DNA from: Felis catus
Lineage: Eukaryota
DNA: 64,000 nt
Direction: 5' to 3'
NCBI RefSeq assembly: GCF_018350175.1
Contig: NC_058368.1
Span: 158,102,001-158,166,000, forward strand
Numbering within the stretch: position 1 is the stretch's first letter; each line of letters starts with the position of its first letter. The position numbers and the translations under genes are program-made. Under the pieces are notes generated by a model, which was given only the letters and a program-made list of their open reading frames with translations, was not told where the DNA came from and did not search any database. Positions 49,146-62,542 of the stretch are shown one piece after another.

Positions 49146-50162
49146 CAGGACCAGATTCATGGATGCAGGACCAGTACAGTTGCATAGAGCTCTGCTCTGA
49201 AGGGCCCCACACTTTATTTAATATTCTGCTGTCACCATCTTGAAATTCTTAATTTTATCTTTGAATTTGGGTTTTGCAAATCAAGTCACCTAGGACAGCA
49301 GAACATGCACTTGAGCAGAAGAGATACTTTCAGTAATGGTGTCAGACATTTTTGACTGCCCCCTTCACATAAAACAGTTGCAATGCCCCAAGGTCACAGA
49401 ATTCCAGTAGACCCACAATGCATGAGATTTCCAGAAGATTGAAAACAAGTACAAGATAAGCATGTTACATCTACTGCTAAGTAGGAAGCAACATTTACAA
49501 CCCCAAAGAACATGCTCTCTATTCCAACTGGAGCTTGCTTGGAACACAAGAAGAAGACAGTAATGTTCTTAAAGAACAGTAATGTTCTAAAAATGAGCAA
49601 CGAACCCTAACATTCTTTCCTATTCTTATTATTTCCCCATGTTAGCCAAACCCTTACATGGAAAATTATAACACACAAAAAAGGGAAAGATAGAGTAATC
49701 ATAGTCACTTTAATTCTAGTCCTTCCTTATTCATTAGTAGCCTATAGGTGGCAAGTGCTGGTAGGATGCATGCATATCAAGAAGTGAAATGAAAATAGTT
49801 GAGTTAGTTTTGTGCAACGTTTCTACTGTCCCGGTAAAAACAAGATACTACAATTATGTAATTTCAGTGATTCTGCCTGTGAGTCAAATGCTTTCATATT
49901 TGGATTTTTTAAAGCTGGTACTGCACCATATAAAGATGGATAACAAAATTTATGCTAACAATTTAAATTTCTAATTTTCCTTTACTTAGAATGATATTAA
50001 ACATCACATTAAAAAATAGTATGCCAAATCAAGAGAGCTTGTGGAAGAAAAAAAGTTTAAAATTTTTGCACTGCTAATGGTACTTTTTTTCCTGATTTTT
50101 TTTTAACAAGAGGTTCCACATTTTCATTTTGCAATAGATTGCAAATTTGTGGTTCACTCCAG
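49146..50162. mobile_element. MER97-like (hAT-Tip100) DNA transposon inserted in L2
   Basis: MER91/97-type ends: 'caggaccagattcatgg...gaagggcccca...ctgctgtcaccatcttgaaattctt' and 'cattttcattttgca...gcaaatt'. Confidence 0.7.
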
Positions 50163-51380
50163 TTAAAATTTGTTTTACTTCTCTGTGTACCATATTAGAT
50201 GAGGAGTTTCTTAAAGGTAGGGACTTTGTTTTTCATCTCTGTATCCCTACTGTTCCCATATAGCAGGTTCGCAAAAGATAAATGTCACATGGCAATTGCA
50301 GCTAACTTCCATGTTTCCAGAAAAGGGAGACAAAAGAAGCAGTTCTCTCTCCAGATTGTGTCCTTAACAAAGTATATTTGCCTTGAATGTGCCAATATGG
50401 AGTAAGGAGAATAAAACCAATTCTCCAATCAATTGGTACTGGTTTTAAATACCTGCTAGGTCTGTAGTAGGCTTTGTGGGAAATTCACAGGGATTATATC
50501 TGGGAGTGATTTGTGAGGTATGACTGCTTACTCTCAGAAACACAGGATAAAAGGTAAAGATGGTTCATACTCACAGGAGACATGTGCATTGAGACATAAC
50601 AGGGGCTGGAAGAGTTGTGACAGATACCAAACTGGAGGTTTATCTAGATAGCAAAAGCAAAATTCCTGCATGGACAACCCCAATGGCTCAAGGTGAGGTA
50701 GGAAGTTCCTAAGGCCAGGAGGTGGCCTAGGTCCCCAGATTCCTATTAAATAGGTCTTATCTGGAGAATTTATGTGCATGGACCTAGGCCCTGCTCATTA
50801 GTGAAGTAGGAATTAGAAGCAGAACTCCAGGCCCCAGGGAAGGAGCCCAGTCCTGGAGGGCATTAGCATAAAAGAAGTTTCAAAAAAAAGCCCGCAGAAA
50901 GGATGAGAGCAGGAGGCTGACCCACAACCAAGGCCAAGGGTGAATGGGTACAAACAAGCAGGGACACCAATCTGCTCACTCACTTGGTTGGGGAGTGACA
51001 CAGACCCCATGGGCATCCGTGAGTCCAGATAAGAATATGACCTACAAAGCCAAAAGAAATTATTTCAGAGGAATGAGAGGAAGATACACAAAACTTAGGA
51101 AATTTGTAAGTTTTTGTCACAAGACAAATACTTGTGAAACAAAATAGAACTAAATTTAGCCTGACATACAACAGACAAATAATGGAGCTCATATTTTAAG
51201 TAATATGAGGAGTCATAGTGAGTTGGAGAAATGTGAAAAGGATTCCTGGACAAAATGGCATAAGACCTGGATGTTCAAGAAGGAGATACTTTGTGTCATA
51301 ATAATGAGCCTACAGAATACTGCAAATGGGAATGGGCTCCATAAGAGGTCTGTGCCTGGGAATGTGGTGTGTAGGCAGAA

Positions 51381-51865
51381 CGATGTGATAGAATAATGCC
51401 TCCCAAAATATGACCATGTCCTACTTCCCAGAACCTGTGCATGTTACCTTATATAGCAAAAGGAATTGCAGATGATAGCAAATTACTGAGGTGTGGAGCA
51501 CATCCTGGATTATCCTGGTGGGCCCATTATAATCCCAGTGGCCCTTGCAAAAAAAGATGCACGAAGGGTCAGAATCAGTAGAAGAGGTAACATGACAATG
51601 GAAGCGGGGACTGCAGTGACATGGTCTGCGGATGAAGGAAGCCACCCTGAGGCAAGGATTATGAGCCACCATGAAAACGGGAAAAGGCAAGGAAACGGAT
51701 TTCCTCTTCAGAGCCTCCCTGCGGAAACCTCCCTACCAACATCTTGACTTAAGCCCAGTCAGAAAGACTTTGGACTTCTGACCTCTAAAAGTGTGAGAGT
51801 TAAAATTGTTATTTGAGGCCACTAGGCGTGTGGTGGTTTGTTGCAGCAGCAGTAGGAAACCTGTA
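51381..51865 (+). mobile_element. MLT1D-like MaLR solo LTR
   Basis: 'agaataatgcctcccaaa...cccagaacctgtgcatgttaccttat...ggattatcctggtgggccc...tttgttgcagcagcagtaggaaac'. Confidence 0.85.
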
Positions 51866-52077
51866 GAGGCACTAGGAAACATGGTCTAAGCTGCAAAGCT
51901 ATTTGTGGCCACTGTGGATGTGTCAGTAAAAACCGGATGTAGCCAAGCAAATGATAGAACTCGATGCATGACGCTGTCTTCTTCTGTGCTCCACATGCAT
52001 CACAGTGGGGTGCCTCAAAAATAAGCTTTGGAGAGTGGAGGCCCAAAGCAGTCAGCCCACCACACTGTGTTGAGAGC

Positions 52078-52412
52078 CCTCAGATGCCAAGATAAAGGTG
52101 CTGGCAAGTTGGTTTTGGATGAGGCCTCTCTTCCTGGCTTGGAGATAGCTGCCTTGTCACTGCATCCTCACAAGACATCTCTCTTATCATTATGTCCTCA
52201 CCTTTCCGATATGTGTGCCCATGAAGAGAGAGATCTCTGAGATCTCTTCCACTTCTTATATGGACACCAGTCCTATTGGATCAGGGTACCACTCTTATGA
52301 TATCATTGAACTTAAATTACCTCCTTAAAGAACTATTTCCAAATACAGTCACATTAGGCGTTAAGGCTTCAACATATGAATTTGGAGAGGACTCAACTGA
52401 GTCCAAACCAGA
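52078..52412 (-). mobile_element. MLT1A/B-type MaLR LTR
   Basis: 'gaggcctctcttcctggcttg...cttcttatatggacaccagtcctattggatcaggg...ggcttcaacatatgaatttgg'. Confidence 0.85.
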
Positions 52413-52872
52413 TGATGACAATTAGGAATGCACCATCTTTTAACTTTAGGGTCTGTGACCTCATATTTATCATGTTATGAAGACTATATCAGGGAGCATT
52501 ATGAAAGTACTTCCAGAACACCTTTTAATTTTCATGCATTTTCAAGATTTTCCTAATGTCACAATCTGCCCAGAAATTTGCCCATCTGCCCAAAGAAAGA
52601 GAAGGAAACCAGGTTGCACACTGTCATCTTTTCCTCATTCACCTATGTGAAATGCTAATTACAGAAAGTACAATGAATTTAATATTATCTTTTTGCAAAA
52701 AAAAAAAAAAAACATGTAGCTGGGTGCCTGCTGTCAGGATATAATTATACAAAGTGGATTTGGTCTCAAGCAAGACACGAAGGTTACCATCCCAGCCACA
52801 TAAAGTGCCTAGGGAGCTCCTCTAATTACCACCAACTAGAGATTTAGTCTTCTATCTCTTTCAGATAAACGT

Positions 52873-52890
52873 CAGCAGCAGCAGCAGCAG
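52873..52890. repeat. (CAG)6 tract
   Basis: Direct reading. Confidence 0.9.
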
Positions 52891-54779
52891 CGACAGCCTG
52901 CACCTTCCAACATCACACTTCTTCATTAGTCTGCTCTGACTCACCCTCCTCACTGTCTCCCACCCAATAAACCTTCCATTGAGTGATTTATCTTTCCATG
53001 TACTGGGTGGCACTTAAACCACTGCCTTCTTTCTTCTTTCTCTAATTCCTACCAGATAATTATTCAGTGTCTCTGTCATGCAAGGATATTCATATATGCT
53101 GTTTTATTCAGGCCTCATTATGATCCTGCTAAGTAGACATCATCCCTCCATAAGCGGGTAAAGTGAGTATCAAAGCAGTTACGTGGTTTGGCACCAGTAT
53201 TGAATCATCACAGTGGGCATCCGGAGGGAAGGGGAAGGAAAACAGGAAAGAGGGATGGGGGAAGGAGAAGGGGAAGAAATCTTCAGGAGTGGGGGATAGG
53301 AGTAGTAAAGTCAGATGAGCCTTACATCTGCCATCCCTCAGGATCAACATGGCCTTTCATATTCCCCAGAGGCTCTATATCCAGAGACTAATTTTATGGG
53401 AATTTATTGTAATAGGAACTTGTATAACCTGATTGATTAGAATTGGTTGAACTTGCTGTCCAGACAGCAAAACTGTAGTATAATTCCATAAATAAGCTCT
53501 GGCTCCTATGCCTAATGAGAGCTTACAGTCACCCCGAAGGAAAACATCATCTATCTCTGCTGTTGATTTCCTTTCATCCCAAATGCATGAAAAGATACTT
53601 TTTAAGCCTTTTTTTTTTTTCATAGACTTCTCTCCATCCAAGTTGGAATAGGGCCCCAAATCTGTCCACAGACTGGCTGGTTCCCTGCACCTAGCCTCTA
53701 CTATGACCAGGACCAAGAAGGACAGTCACATTCCTCCCATCTAAGCACTGCAGGAAACAAAATTTATGAGGTTGAAGAAAAGGGGGATCGGGTGGTTACA
53801 GTCCCAATATGCCTTCAGGCTGACTGCATTCACTGCTGTCTCCAGTGCTGAAATCAGTGCAAGTGTATGGTTTCCAGTCTGTAAACTCAAGGTTTAAGCA
53901 GTATCTGTTTCTATAACTCAGATGAAATATAAATTCAAGCATACATCTAACCACATTATTGGGAAATTCATCTGAGGTAATATTGGAACTCCTTGTTGAG
54001 GTCTGATAAGAACCTGGAAGTCTTACAATATGTCCAGGGAACATCTCTGTCCTCCATCTGCCTTTCTGGCTCTCCATTCTTCAATCCGTCATGGACACCG
54101 CTGACATTGCCTAAGCCCACAGTAGTCCCCTGAAGTCTGATAACTTTAAGTCAGGTAACATGGGAGGAACATAAATGTTCTGCAGAGGCTGCAAACCCCT
54201 TCCTTAGGTGCCTCGCCATCATTTCTTTGATATATTGCCACCCATACAGAGTTGAGTGTGGGTATATCTACTCCCCACAAACCTCTCTCCCTTTCTCAAC
54301 ACAGGGAAATATTTTTGCCTCCCCTTTTCCTTCTTTCCTTTCCCTCATAGAGCTTACCCATTTCCTTCATTTCCCCTTCCTCTCTACCCCAAGCATCATG
54401 CATTAGTGCTTTATTGGGCTTGGGTTTAAAAACAAACAAAAAATAAGAAAACAAAAACAAAAGAAAAAAAAGAATCTCAAAGGCCACTGACTTCAGACTG
54501 CAAATATGAAGTAATTGATATTTCTTCTGGATGTAGTGACTAAATTTTACCTTGGGTAAGTGAGTATACATGCAGTAATTTAACTAGGTTGTGTGGCTAT
54601 AACCAAAGCATATGTCCAAGAAGAAAAGGTGTGATATGCCTAATGGGTCAGGGTGCAATGCATTGGTCCCACCAACCTTTGCGCCTTTCAGTTTTATTCT
54701 CTTTTTCTAGATACCTGCCATATATATGGTCTAAAAAGGAAAGATCTCTCATATACACATTGTACTCCTGATCAGACTT

Positions 54780-55233
54780 TGAACGATGGGTAGGCAACTA
54801 ACTCAAGCTTAGCCAGTCACTCACATGGCCTCAAGCAAGAGCTCTCCCCTGTAAGGGAAGAAATGATGATTGACCAAGCATGGATCCTCTGCGTTACCAA
54901 GTGTGAGTTCAGAGACAGAAGAAAATCATTGATAATTGGAAGATCAGCAGAAGCAGAGATGAAAGGTAAAGTGACAGCAATGGGAAAAAAAAAGAAAACA
55001 AAGAAAGAACAGTAGATTTCTGGAGCTGACCTAGTGACAGGACACCTGGTGGTGGCTAGGGCTGAGTTCTCACCTAAAATATCTTCCAGTTCCTATTTTT
55101 TTGAAAGGCCTGGCTATATATTGTTCCTGTTTTCCTTCTTTCTCTGAGAGTCTTTTCCACACAATCTAATCTAATTTTCTGAACAAACCTGAGCCACTCT
55201 CTGGTCCTGGTGACCTAAAAGAGGCTCACTCAC
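54780..55233 (+). mobile_element. Old ERVL/MaLR-type LTR remnant
   Basis: U5-like end 'aaacctgagccactctctggtcctggtgacctaaaagaggctcactcaca'; subfamily unknown. Confidence 0.4.
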
Positions 55234-56784
55234 ATTTATTTGAAAAGAGCCTTCTAAGGTTTAAGATTAGATCATTTAAAGAACAGTAAACTATGACTCA
55301 CAGATTAATAAACATTTCAAAGGGCAGCAAATAACAGACTTTTATTCTGAAGTTTGAAGATTAAGCAGTCCCAGATAAATAGCCACCAATGAAAACATCT
55401 TAAACTACTAACCCTCTCTGTCTGCTCCTCTTCCTCTAGATTTTGGTCTGTGTTCCTTCTGCTTTTCTTTTTGTGTACTCACTTCCTGTCTCCCCTGCTA
55501 CCATTTATCTTGGATTATGGTAGCATAATTATCTTGATTCTCCCTTGATTTCTCTGTTTCTTCTCTTTCCTTGGTCTCTCCCTTCTGTGTGAATGTCTCT
55601 CTCCCATTCCCCTTCAGTATCTTATTTCCTTACTCATCTTTCCCCCCTTTTTTCCTTATCTGGTTGCCTCTCCTCCCATCCTCCTTTTATTACTTTCCTT
55701 ACTATCATATGTTAAAGACCACAAGACAGAAAAGAAATATATTCATTAGAATTTATTGTGCTTATCACATCCCATGTTCTATTTCCTTTATTTAATAGCA
55801 GGTGACGTTTATTAAACAAAAGGGAATACCTAAACAATCTGCTTTGCATGTGTCCCTCAGTTGATTGTTTTCTCCAATATTCTGTGGCCTTGGCAGAAAA
55901 TAAAGGCTGTCCAAACCCAGGATTCTGCATAGAAGGTTACCAAGGAGACAATAGATTCTCTGGTCACTTTCTAATTGTAAAAAAATGTTTTTAAATCTGC
56001 CTGGTGTTTAAGCTGAAAAGAAAAAAAGTATATAATCAATTATTTACTAAATTAGATTATTTATCCAAAATGTACACAGCTGTTATTGCAGTGAAAATAG
56101 TGATTTTAGTTTCATTGCATAGAAGTTATCACTCTTGGTGGTGCTCTGGAGCTGATGTTAATTTTTTCTACTATATTAGTTTTTTAATGTTCCCACGTTG
56201 CACATATCCTTTGTGAGTCTGAAAGTCAAGTTTCAAAATACGTCTCACGCTTCATAGACCAAGTCCAAAGCCCTTATCACAATTCTCACCCTTTTGTCAA
56301 ATGATTAAAATCCCTGTTGACATTTAGTGTCAACAGAGAAAGTTATCCAGCATTTGGTGAGCATTACCCTGCCAATTACTCCTGTTTATATCCAAGAGCA
56401 TAGTCACCTGCCACCTAGTGTCTTAATAAAAAACTGCAGTAATGATCCACTTAGACAAGGTCTTTTGGGCTGCCTCTGAAATCCTCTTTGAACTTAGCTT
56501 CAAGCTCTTCTTGATGACAGGCAGTTTTCTCGATAAAATACTACTGATCTGTCTTCTCCATTTTGAATAGCAAAATTCCACCTGTCACAGTCGGGTAGGG
56601 TCCCTCTGGTCTATATGGAAGAATATCCAAAAGAATGGTCTGACTCAGAACCTTACGGGAGAGCAAAGTATGGTTGAGAATTGCTGAAGCATACCATGGA
56701 ATAAAAAGCATATAAAGTGTATACAGCTAATGCCATACTGTTAACAATAGTTCTATGTAGCAATTGAAATGACATTTTGATTTA

Positions 56785-57200
56785 ATATTTCACAAATGTT
56801 TAAGTGTCTACTATGAGCTGGGCACCATGCCAGGCACTGGGAATGAGGCAGTGAGTGTTAGAGAGAGGCCCTGCTGTCATAAAGCTTGTGTTCTGTGGAG
56901 CAAGAAGGATAACAAACAAGATTAATACTCATCAGGATATATATTATCAAGGAAATAAACAGCGTCATGAAATAAGCTTATTGGAGAAGATGGCTTTGTT
57001 AAAGGTAGTCAGGGAAAGCATTTCTGAGAAAGTGGCACTGAATGAGACTCAAATACTGAGAATATACCAGGTCTAAAAGTAGCTGGGGAAGGTCATTCGA
57101 GGGATCAGCAAGCGTAAAGGCCTGGGAGAAGAAAGAGGTCTGGTGTGTCTGAGGGCCAGACTGAAGGACAATGCAGTTGCAATGTAATGAATGAGGTTAA
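56785..57200 (-). mobile_element. L2 3' end
   Basis: 'caaatgtttaagtgtctactatgagctgggcaccatgccaggcactggg...ccctgctgtcataaagcttg'. Confidence 0.8.
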
Positions 57201-57329
57201 GTTGTGTTTGATTCTAAACATTGCTGACTGGGGGCATAAAAAGAATAAAATTTTTCTATGAGATTTAAATTTTGAAATCAATGCATAATGGATCATATAT
57301 TTATTGGGACTCTTTAAATGAAACCAAAT

Positions 57330-57735
57330 TAAGAGGAAAAAAGTTTTATTGCGGGAGACAGAGAGGAATTTAGTAGTTTTCATCATCAGAAAGGACACAG
57401 GTGTATCTGGGGATTCTGGAACTACAGACTCTGTTACTGGCTCCTGTTTGTCTGCTTATCTTTGAATGTTGAATTCAGTCTCTCTTACCACTAGGACCGT
57501 GGATGCTGGCAGCTCTGACCTGACATACAGCATCCTGATCTAGAGCTTTTTTCCTCCTACCTCAGTCTGAAAAGCCCAAGAAAGGACTCTGATCGCCCTT
57601 TATGCTCACTCCTACAACCAATTGCTGTAGCAAGGGAAGTGAGGAACTATGACCCACCTAGCTGGCATCATGTGCCCATCCTTATGGTCATGTCAGTTAC
57701 TACAAATGGAGGGGAAATATGTGGTAGCACAGATA
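57330..57735 (-). mobile_element. MLT1-type LTR fragment
   Basis: 'aaggactctgatcgccc...tgctcactcctacaaccaattgctgtagcaagggaagtgaggaactatga'. Confidence 0.55.
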
Positions 57736-58689
57736 CGGCCCCTGGGATATCAATGTCACTCTACTGTGTCTATCAGAGATGAGAAAAAAAGGTACACTAA
57801 ATTGGATTAAGGCTAACATGTCAGTAAGATGTTTCTTTAGGTTAAAAAGAAAAAGGAAAAACAAACTATTGAAGGGCATTAATACTATCCAAAGAAAAAA
57901 TATGTCTTCTGAAGGAGACTTGGTCAGCCATTAAAATACAAAAAGAGGAAAGTCAATGAGATGAACCTTGGTGATTCTCACTAAGTGCTTTGTGAGGGAG
58001 AGGAAGTCTTAGACAATGGTTCCCATGGTAAGGTATATTGTTGAGCTAGCCAGTATCTCTGAGCTGGCCCCTCTTGGGCCTATCCCATTTTAATTTGACA
58101 TTATCACATTTCTGATATTAATTTAAAGTAGGTCCTCAATGAGGAACTTAAGAACCTTTAGCATAACCAGGGATAGTTTTAGTTATTTACGAAAGAGATT
58201 TTTTTTTCTTCTTTCATGATTCACGTTCTGTTCATGTGCTTCTATGTCCTACACCAGTTCACTTGAGATTTTTCTTCCTTGCAATATTGTCAACAGGAAA
58301 ATCTAAGTCTCTGTGTCACTTCTCACTGTTAGTTCACATAAAATTTCCCATCTCTTTTGCTAAGAAAACTTCTCTCTAAAGGGTTTTACAAAATGCTCTC
58401 CTGCTCATCACTTGTTATAGGAAAATAGCTTCTTCAATTTGTAGGATACCACAGCTCAGCTCTGTGTGTGTGTGTGTATATCCTTCTGGATCTTAGCTGC
58501 CTTATCTTCAGCATGACCAGCATTCCAATTTTTGAAGAAGGTTTTATATTCTATTGCTTTTGACATAAAAAGTAACATTAGCTCTGCTGAAGACAGATTC
58601 AATGTTGTACAAAATTAGGAATGACAATAAAAATCAAATGAAAATAGTAAATACCATCTAGATTGTATAGAGTTTCTGACTTGTTCCCC

Positions 58690-59928
58690 CATTTATTTAC
58701 TCACTGACTCAACTAATGTTTTTTGAACACTTACATTGTGCTATGCACTGTGGATACAAGGGTGAATAAGGCAGACAGAATTCCAGTTCTGGGATCCCAA
58801 TAGTATATGGACTCCATCATGTCTGGAATAAGATGACAATTAACCCTAGGTCTTAGTCTTCAAAATCCTTTAGAAACTTGGAACTGGAACAAATAAACAT
58901 GTGCAGATAATGTTCATGCTAGGCACTATATGGCAATTGTTAAACAGTGTGACAGAGATGTATTGAGGATGGAATGATTCATTGTGATTGGAAATTTGTG
59001 GGGAAAAGATATCGAGTTCATAGTAATGGAACTGACCTTTGTAGGACTTGAATGTGTTGAATATTTGAAGAAGGAAAAAATTTCTAAGTATGTAAAAGGA
59101 GTGGAGAAGAATGCTAAAGGGTCCCTTGAAAGAATATGGACTCATTTTTTAGGACTGAATCACTAAGTGTATTTGGATGGCTGTAGAACAAGGAATGGGG
59201 ATTGATGGGAAATTAGGCTAAAAGTAATAGAAGGCAGATTGTAGGCTACTCAATTTCCATGCATGGGGTTTAGATTTTATTCTGTAGCAATGGCAATCCA
59301 TCAAAGATGTGTGATAAAGGGCACCTGGGTGGCTCAGTCAGTCAAGTGTTGGACTTCGGTTCAGGTCATGATCTCACAGCTCATGAGTTCGAGCCCCTGC
59401 ATTGGGCACTGTGCTGACAGCTCAGAGCATGGAGCCTGCTTCAGATTGTGTCTCCCTCTCTCTCTGCCCTTTCCCCACTCGTGCTCTGTCTTTCTCAAAA
59501 ATAAATAAACATAAAAATTTTTTTAAAAGATGTGTGACCAAAAAAAAATATCTTTGTCAGCAGCTCATAGGTTGGGCTCAGTAAGCAAAAGGCAAAGAAG
59601 CTAGAGAAAAAGTATCCCTTAGCTGCTGCCTTGCTGCCTGTCCAAGTAAAAGAAGGTGAAAACTTATGTTGGTGCCTGTGGAACGAGAAGATGGGTTTAA
59701 GAGGCCTAGGAGACAGAGAACTGACAACACTTCTGTGATGGGCAGAGGGCATGAAAAAGGCAGGAGGCACTGAGGTTGACTCCAAGCTCTCTCACTATTG
59801 AGGGGGGTCAGGTGATGGTGATGCCACACATTGAGACAGAACAATAAAGAGAAAGGTAAATTCATGTTTCCAATACACTGAGTATGGAATTCCAGGAAAA
59901 CATTCAAGTGGACCTTTGAACTAAAAAT
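58690..59928 (-). mobile_element. L2 fragment with CanSINE insertion
   Basis: 'ctcaactaatgttttttgaacacttacattgtgctatgcactgtggataca'; 'ggtttagattttattctgtagcaatgg'. Confidence 0.7.
59319..59525 (+). mobile_element. CanSINE (SINEC_Fc-like)
   Basis: TSD aaagatgtgtga at 59303-59314 and 59526-59537. Confidence 0.95.
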
Positions 59929-60146
59929 GGGATATGATCACCCTCAATCCTGCAGCACGTGCATGTGAGAGAGAGAGAGAGAGACAGAAGAACCATGGGC
60001 TCAGTTGTGATCATGTGACATTCAGCATCACATACTACTCATATTGCAAGACATCACTCATTTATCAAGTTAAAATTTATTAGAAATGTTTGCTCATCTT
60101 GCGGAAAACTCACAGAACAAGTTACTCGCAATCCAAGGTTTTGCTG
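59929..60146 (-). mobile_element. Second, truncated copy of the Tigger/pogo-type element (one terminus), inverted relative to 41679-41880
   Basis: Reverse complement aligns with ~41681-41880; ends ...ccaaggttttgctg followed by TA. Confidence 0.85.
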
Positions 60147-60161
60147 TATATGTATACATAT

Positions 60162-60165
<4 letters not shown>

Positions 60166-60196
<31 letters not shown>
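60166..60196. repeat. (CA)n microsatellite
   Basis: Direct reading. Confidence 0.95.
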
Positions 60197-60199
<3 letters not shown>

Positions 60200-60399
60200 T
60201 CAAACACACATGCCTAATAAACCATAAGTATCACAGCAATACTCATAAAGCAGTGAGTCTCAATACTGGCAACACATTTGAATAACCTTGGAGCTTTTAA
60301 AACCACCACCACCCAGGGCCCAGGCATCAGTATGATCCTAATAGGCAGCTGACACGGACTGCCACTGTCTCTATGTGAGCAATGCAGAGAAGGAAAATG

Positions 60400-60590
60400 A
60401 GGTTTGGAAGCATGTAAACCTGAATTTGAATCCTACTCCACTATATACTGGCTTCATCATTTTTGGAAAATTATTTGACTTCTCTGGGGTTCAGTTTTTC
60501 CATATGTACAGTAAGAATAACACCTACTTTTTGAGTTACTGGAGATAAGATGCCTCCATGAGTGCCTGGTGTCCGTTGCAGTAAATGTTC
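60400..60590 (+). mobile_element. MIR SINE
   Basis: 'cctgaatttgaatcctactccact...ggaaaattatttgacttctctggggttcagtttttccatatgta'. Confidence 0.75.
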
Positions 60591-60946
60591 GTGGAATGGC
60601 TGAGAGCCAGGATGAGGGCTAAGACAGAGGGAGGACCTGGAGGAAGAAAAGAAGCCAGAGCTGAGAAGAGAGGCAGGAGAGAGCCCTACAAAGCCAAGTT
60701 AGGCCTGCCTTAACCTTATAAAGCTTTGCGTTTCTCATATTTTTCTTGAAATCCAGCTAAAAGCAAAAGGTTGGCTTAGAGAGAATGAGAAATTTTACCC
60801 TGAGGAAGGTCTACAATGTGAGAAAACTGAATACTCCCAGTCACCCTTCTTTATTTTCTTTGACCAAGGGAAGGTATATACCACCTGTGCACAACCTGAA
60901 ATCTAGCTCTTGGGGTCTGATGCTTACTCTAGAACATTATACTACC

Positions 60947-61335
60947 TAGTGTTCCTCAAGTTGTAGTCTCCAGATCAACAGCAGCAGTATCCCATGGAGA
61001 TTTATTAGATATGCAAAACCTGGGGCACCTGGGTGGCTCAGTTGGTTAAGTGTTGGACTTCCGGTTTCAGCTCAGGTCATGATCTCACAGGTTTGTGAGT
61101 TTGAGCCCTGTGTCCTGTTTTGCCCTGGCAGTGTAGAGGCTGCTTAGGATTCTCTTTCCTTCCGTCTCTCTCTCTGCCCTTCCTCTGCTCATGCTTTCTC
61201 TGTCTCTCTCAAAATAAATAAACTTAAAAAAATTAAAAATGCAAAACCTTGGGGCCCCTCCCCAGATCTACTGAATCTGACTTTTATAAGGTTCTCAGGT
61301 GGTTCTGATGCAACCTAAAATCTGAGAAGCACTGT
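60947..61335. mobile_element. MER5A-type MITE split by a CanSINE
   Basis: Arms 'tagtgttcctcaagttgtagtc...' and '...ggttctgatgcaacctaaaatctgagaagcactg'. Confidence 0.75.
61022..61238 (+). mobile_element. CanSINE (SINEC_Fc-like)
   Basis: TSD atgcaaaacct at 61011-61021 and 61239-61249. Confidence 0.96.
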
Positions 61336-62137
61336 ATTAAAGTACTATAGCAGGTGCCCTCAGCAACAAAAATAGTTAGCAATAAGTAAGACCACAGCAC
61401 TTTTCATTCCATTCACTATTGGGTCATGTTAAATCAACTCCTAATTCTAATCTCCTGGCTTAATAAATTTACTAAATGAGGAGATATCCAAATAACTGAA
61501 TTCTCCCTCAGAAAGAAATACAAAATTATCCTTTAGACTTTACTTGCTTAAGCTCTCAGACAACACTTAAAATTACATTTTTACATATTAGTACTGGTAT
61601 ATCTGCCTGTATGTGAATGTGTGTTGTTTCATATGAGCAAATGTGTATTTATCCATTTGTTCACTTTGCAAAGATTTCCTTTCACATTTGCTTTTCCAGA
61701 TGTCTCAGGTTATTCTGCCTTGCTTCCCAATTAAGTATGTTCTTCACGTCAGGCTTGTGGTCACTGATGAACCTAATTTCTGGCCACGATGCTCTTCACA
61801 GCACAAGAAGAGACCACTGGTGTAAGATGTAAAAGCTTAGATTCTGGAGTTAGCTGGGCAAGGCTTAATGCCATCCCCATGTATAATATTACGCTAGCTT
61901 GTATTTGGGAGTAAATTACAATCTCTGAAATCCTTATTTCCTATTTACTGAAAAACACCTGTGCTTGCCTCATAGACTTTTTGAGGAACATGTAAAATAC
62001 TTAAAAAATACTACCTTCTGGTATTATGACTTCTAGAAGTACTTTGCTTTTAATTATGGTGTGAAATACTTGCAGATATTTGAAGTAGGATGAATGAAAT
62101 CAACCTTTTTGCAGGTTTTGTAACAAAGCATTCAAAG

Positions 62138-62542
62138 CAGTGCTTTCAAACCTGAATAAGTGGGCTCCTGGGTGGCTCGGTTGGTTGAGTGTCTGACTTT
62201 GGCTCAGGTCATGATCTCATGGTCTTTGAGTTCAAGCCCCGCATCAGGCTCTGTGCTGAGAGCTCAGAGCCTGGAGCCTGCTCTGGATTCTGTGTCTCCC
62301 TCTCTCTCTCTGCCCCTCCCTCACTCATTTTCTCTCTCTCTCTCTCTCTCTCTCTGTCAAAAATAAATAAACATTTTTTAAAAAGTTAAAAAAAAAAAAC
62401 CCTGAACATGTGTAGAAATCACCCAAGGGCCTTGTTAGAATTCGGATACTGATCCAGTATGTCTGAGGCAGGGTCTGACATTTGGCATTTCCAACAAGCT
62501 CCCAGGGAATACTAATGAAATGTGTCCCATTTTAAAGCACTG
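62138..62542. mobile_element. MER5-type MITE split by a CanSINE
   Basis: 'cagtgctttcaaacctgaa' [SINE] 'aaatcacccaagggccttgttaga...aacaagctcccaggg...aagcactg'. Confidence 0.7.
62160..62399 (+). mobile_element. CanSINE (SINEC_Fc-like)
   Basis: Head, CT tract, AATAAA, poly-A; imperfect TSD aaacc(c)tgaa. Confidence 0.96.

Noticed and set aside
53375..54077. 113-aa and 93-aa minus-strand ORFs, and a poly-T/catag acceptor near 53635
   Set aside because: No recognisable homology or motif; one frame runs through a mononucleotide tract
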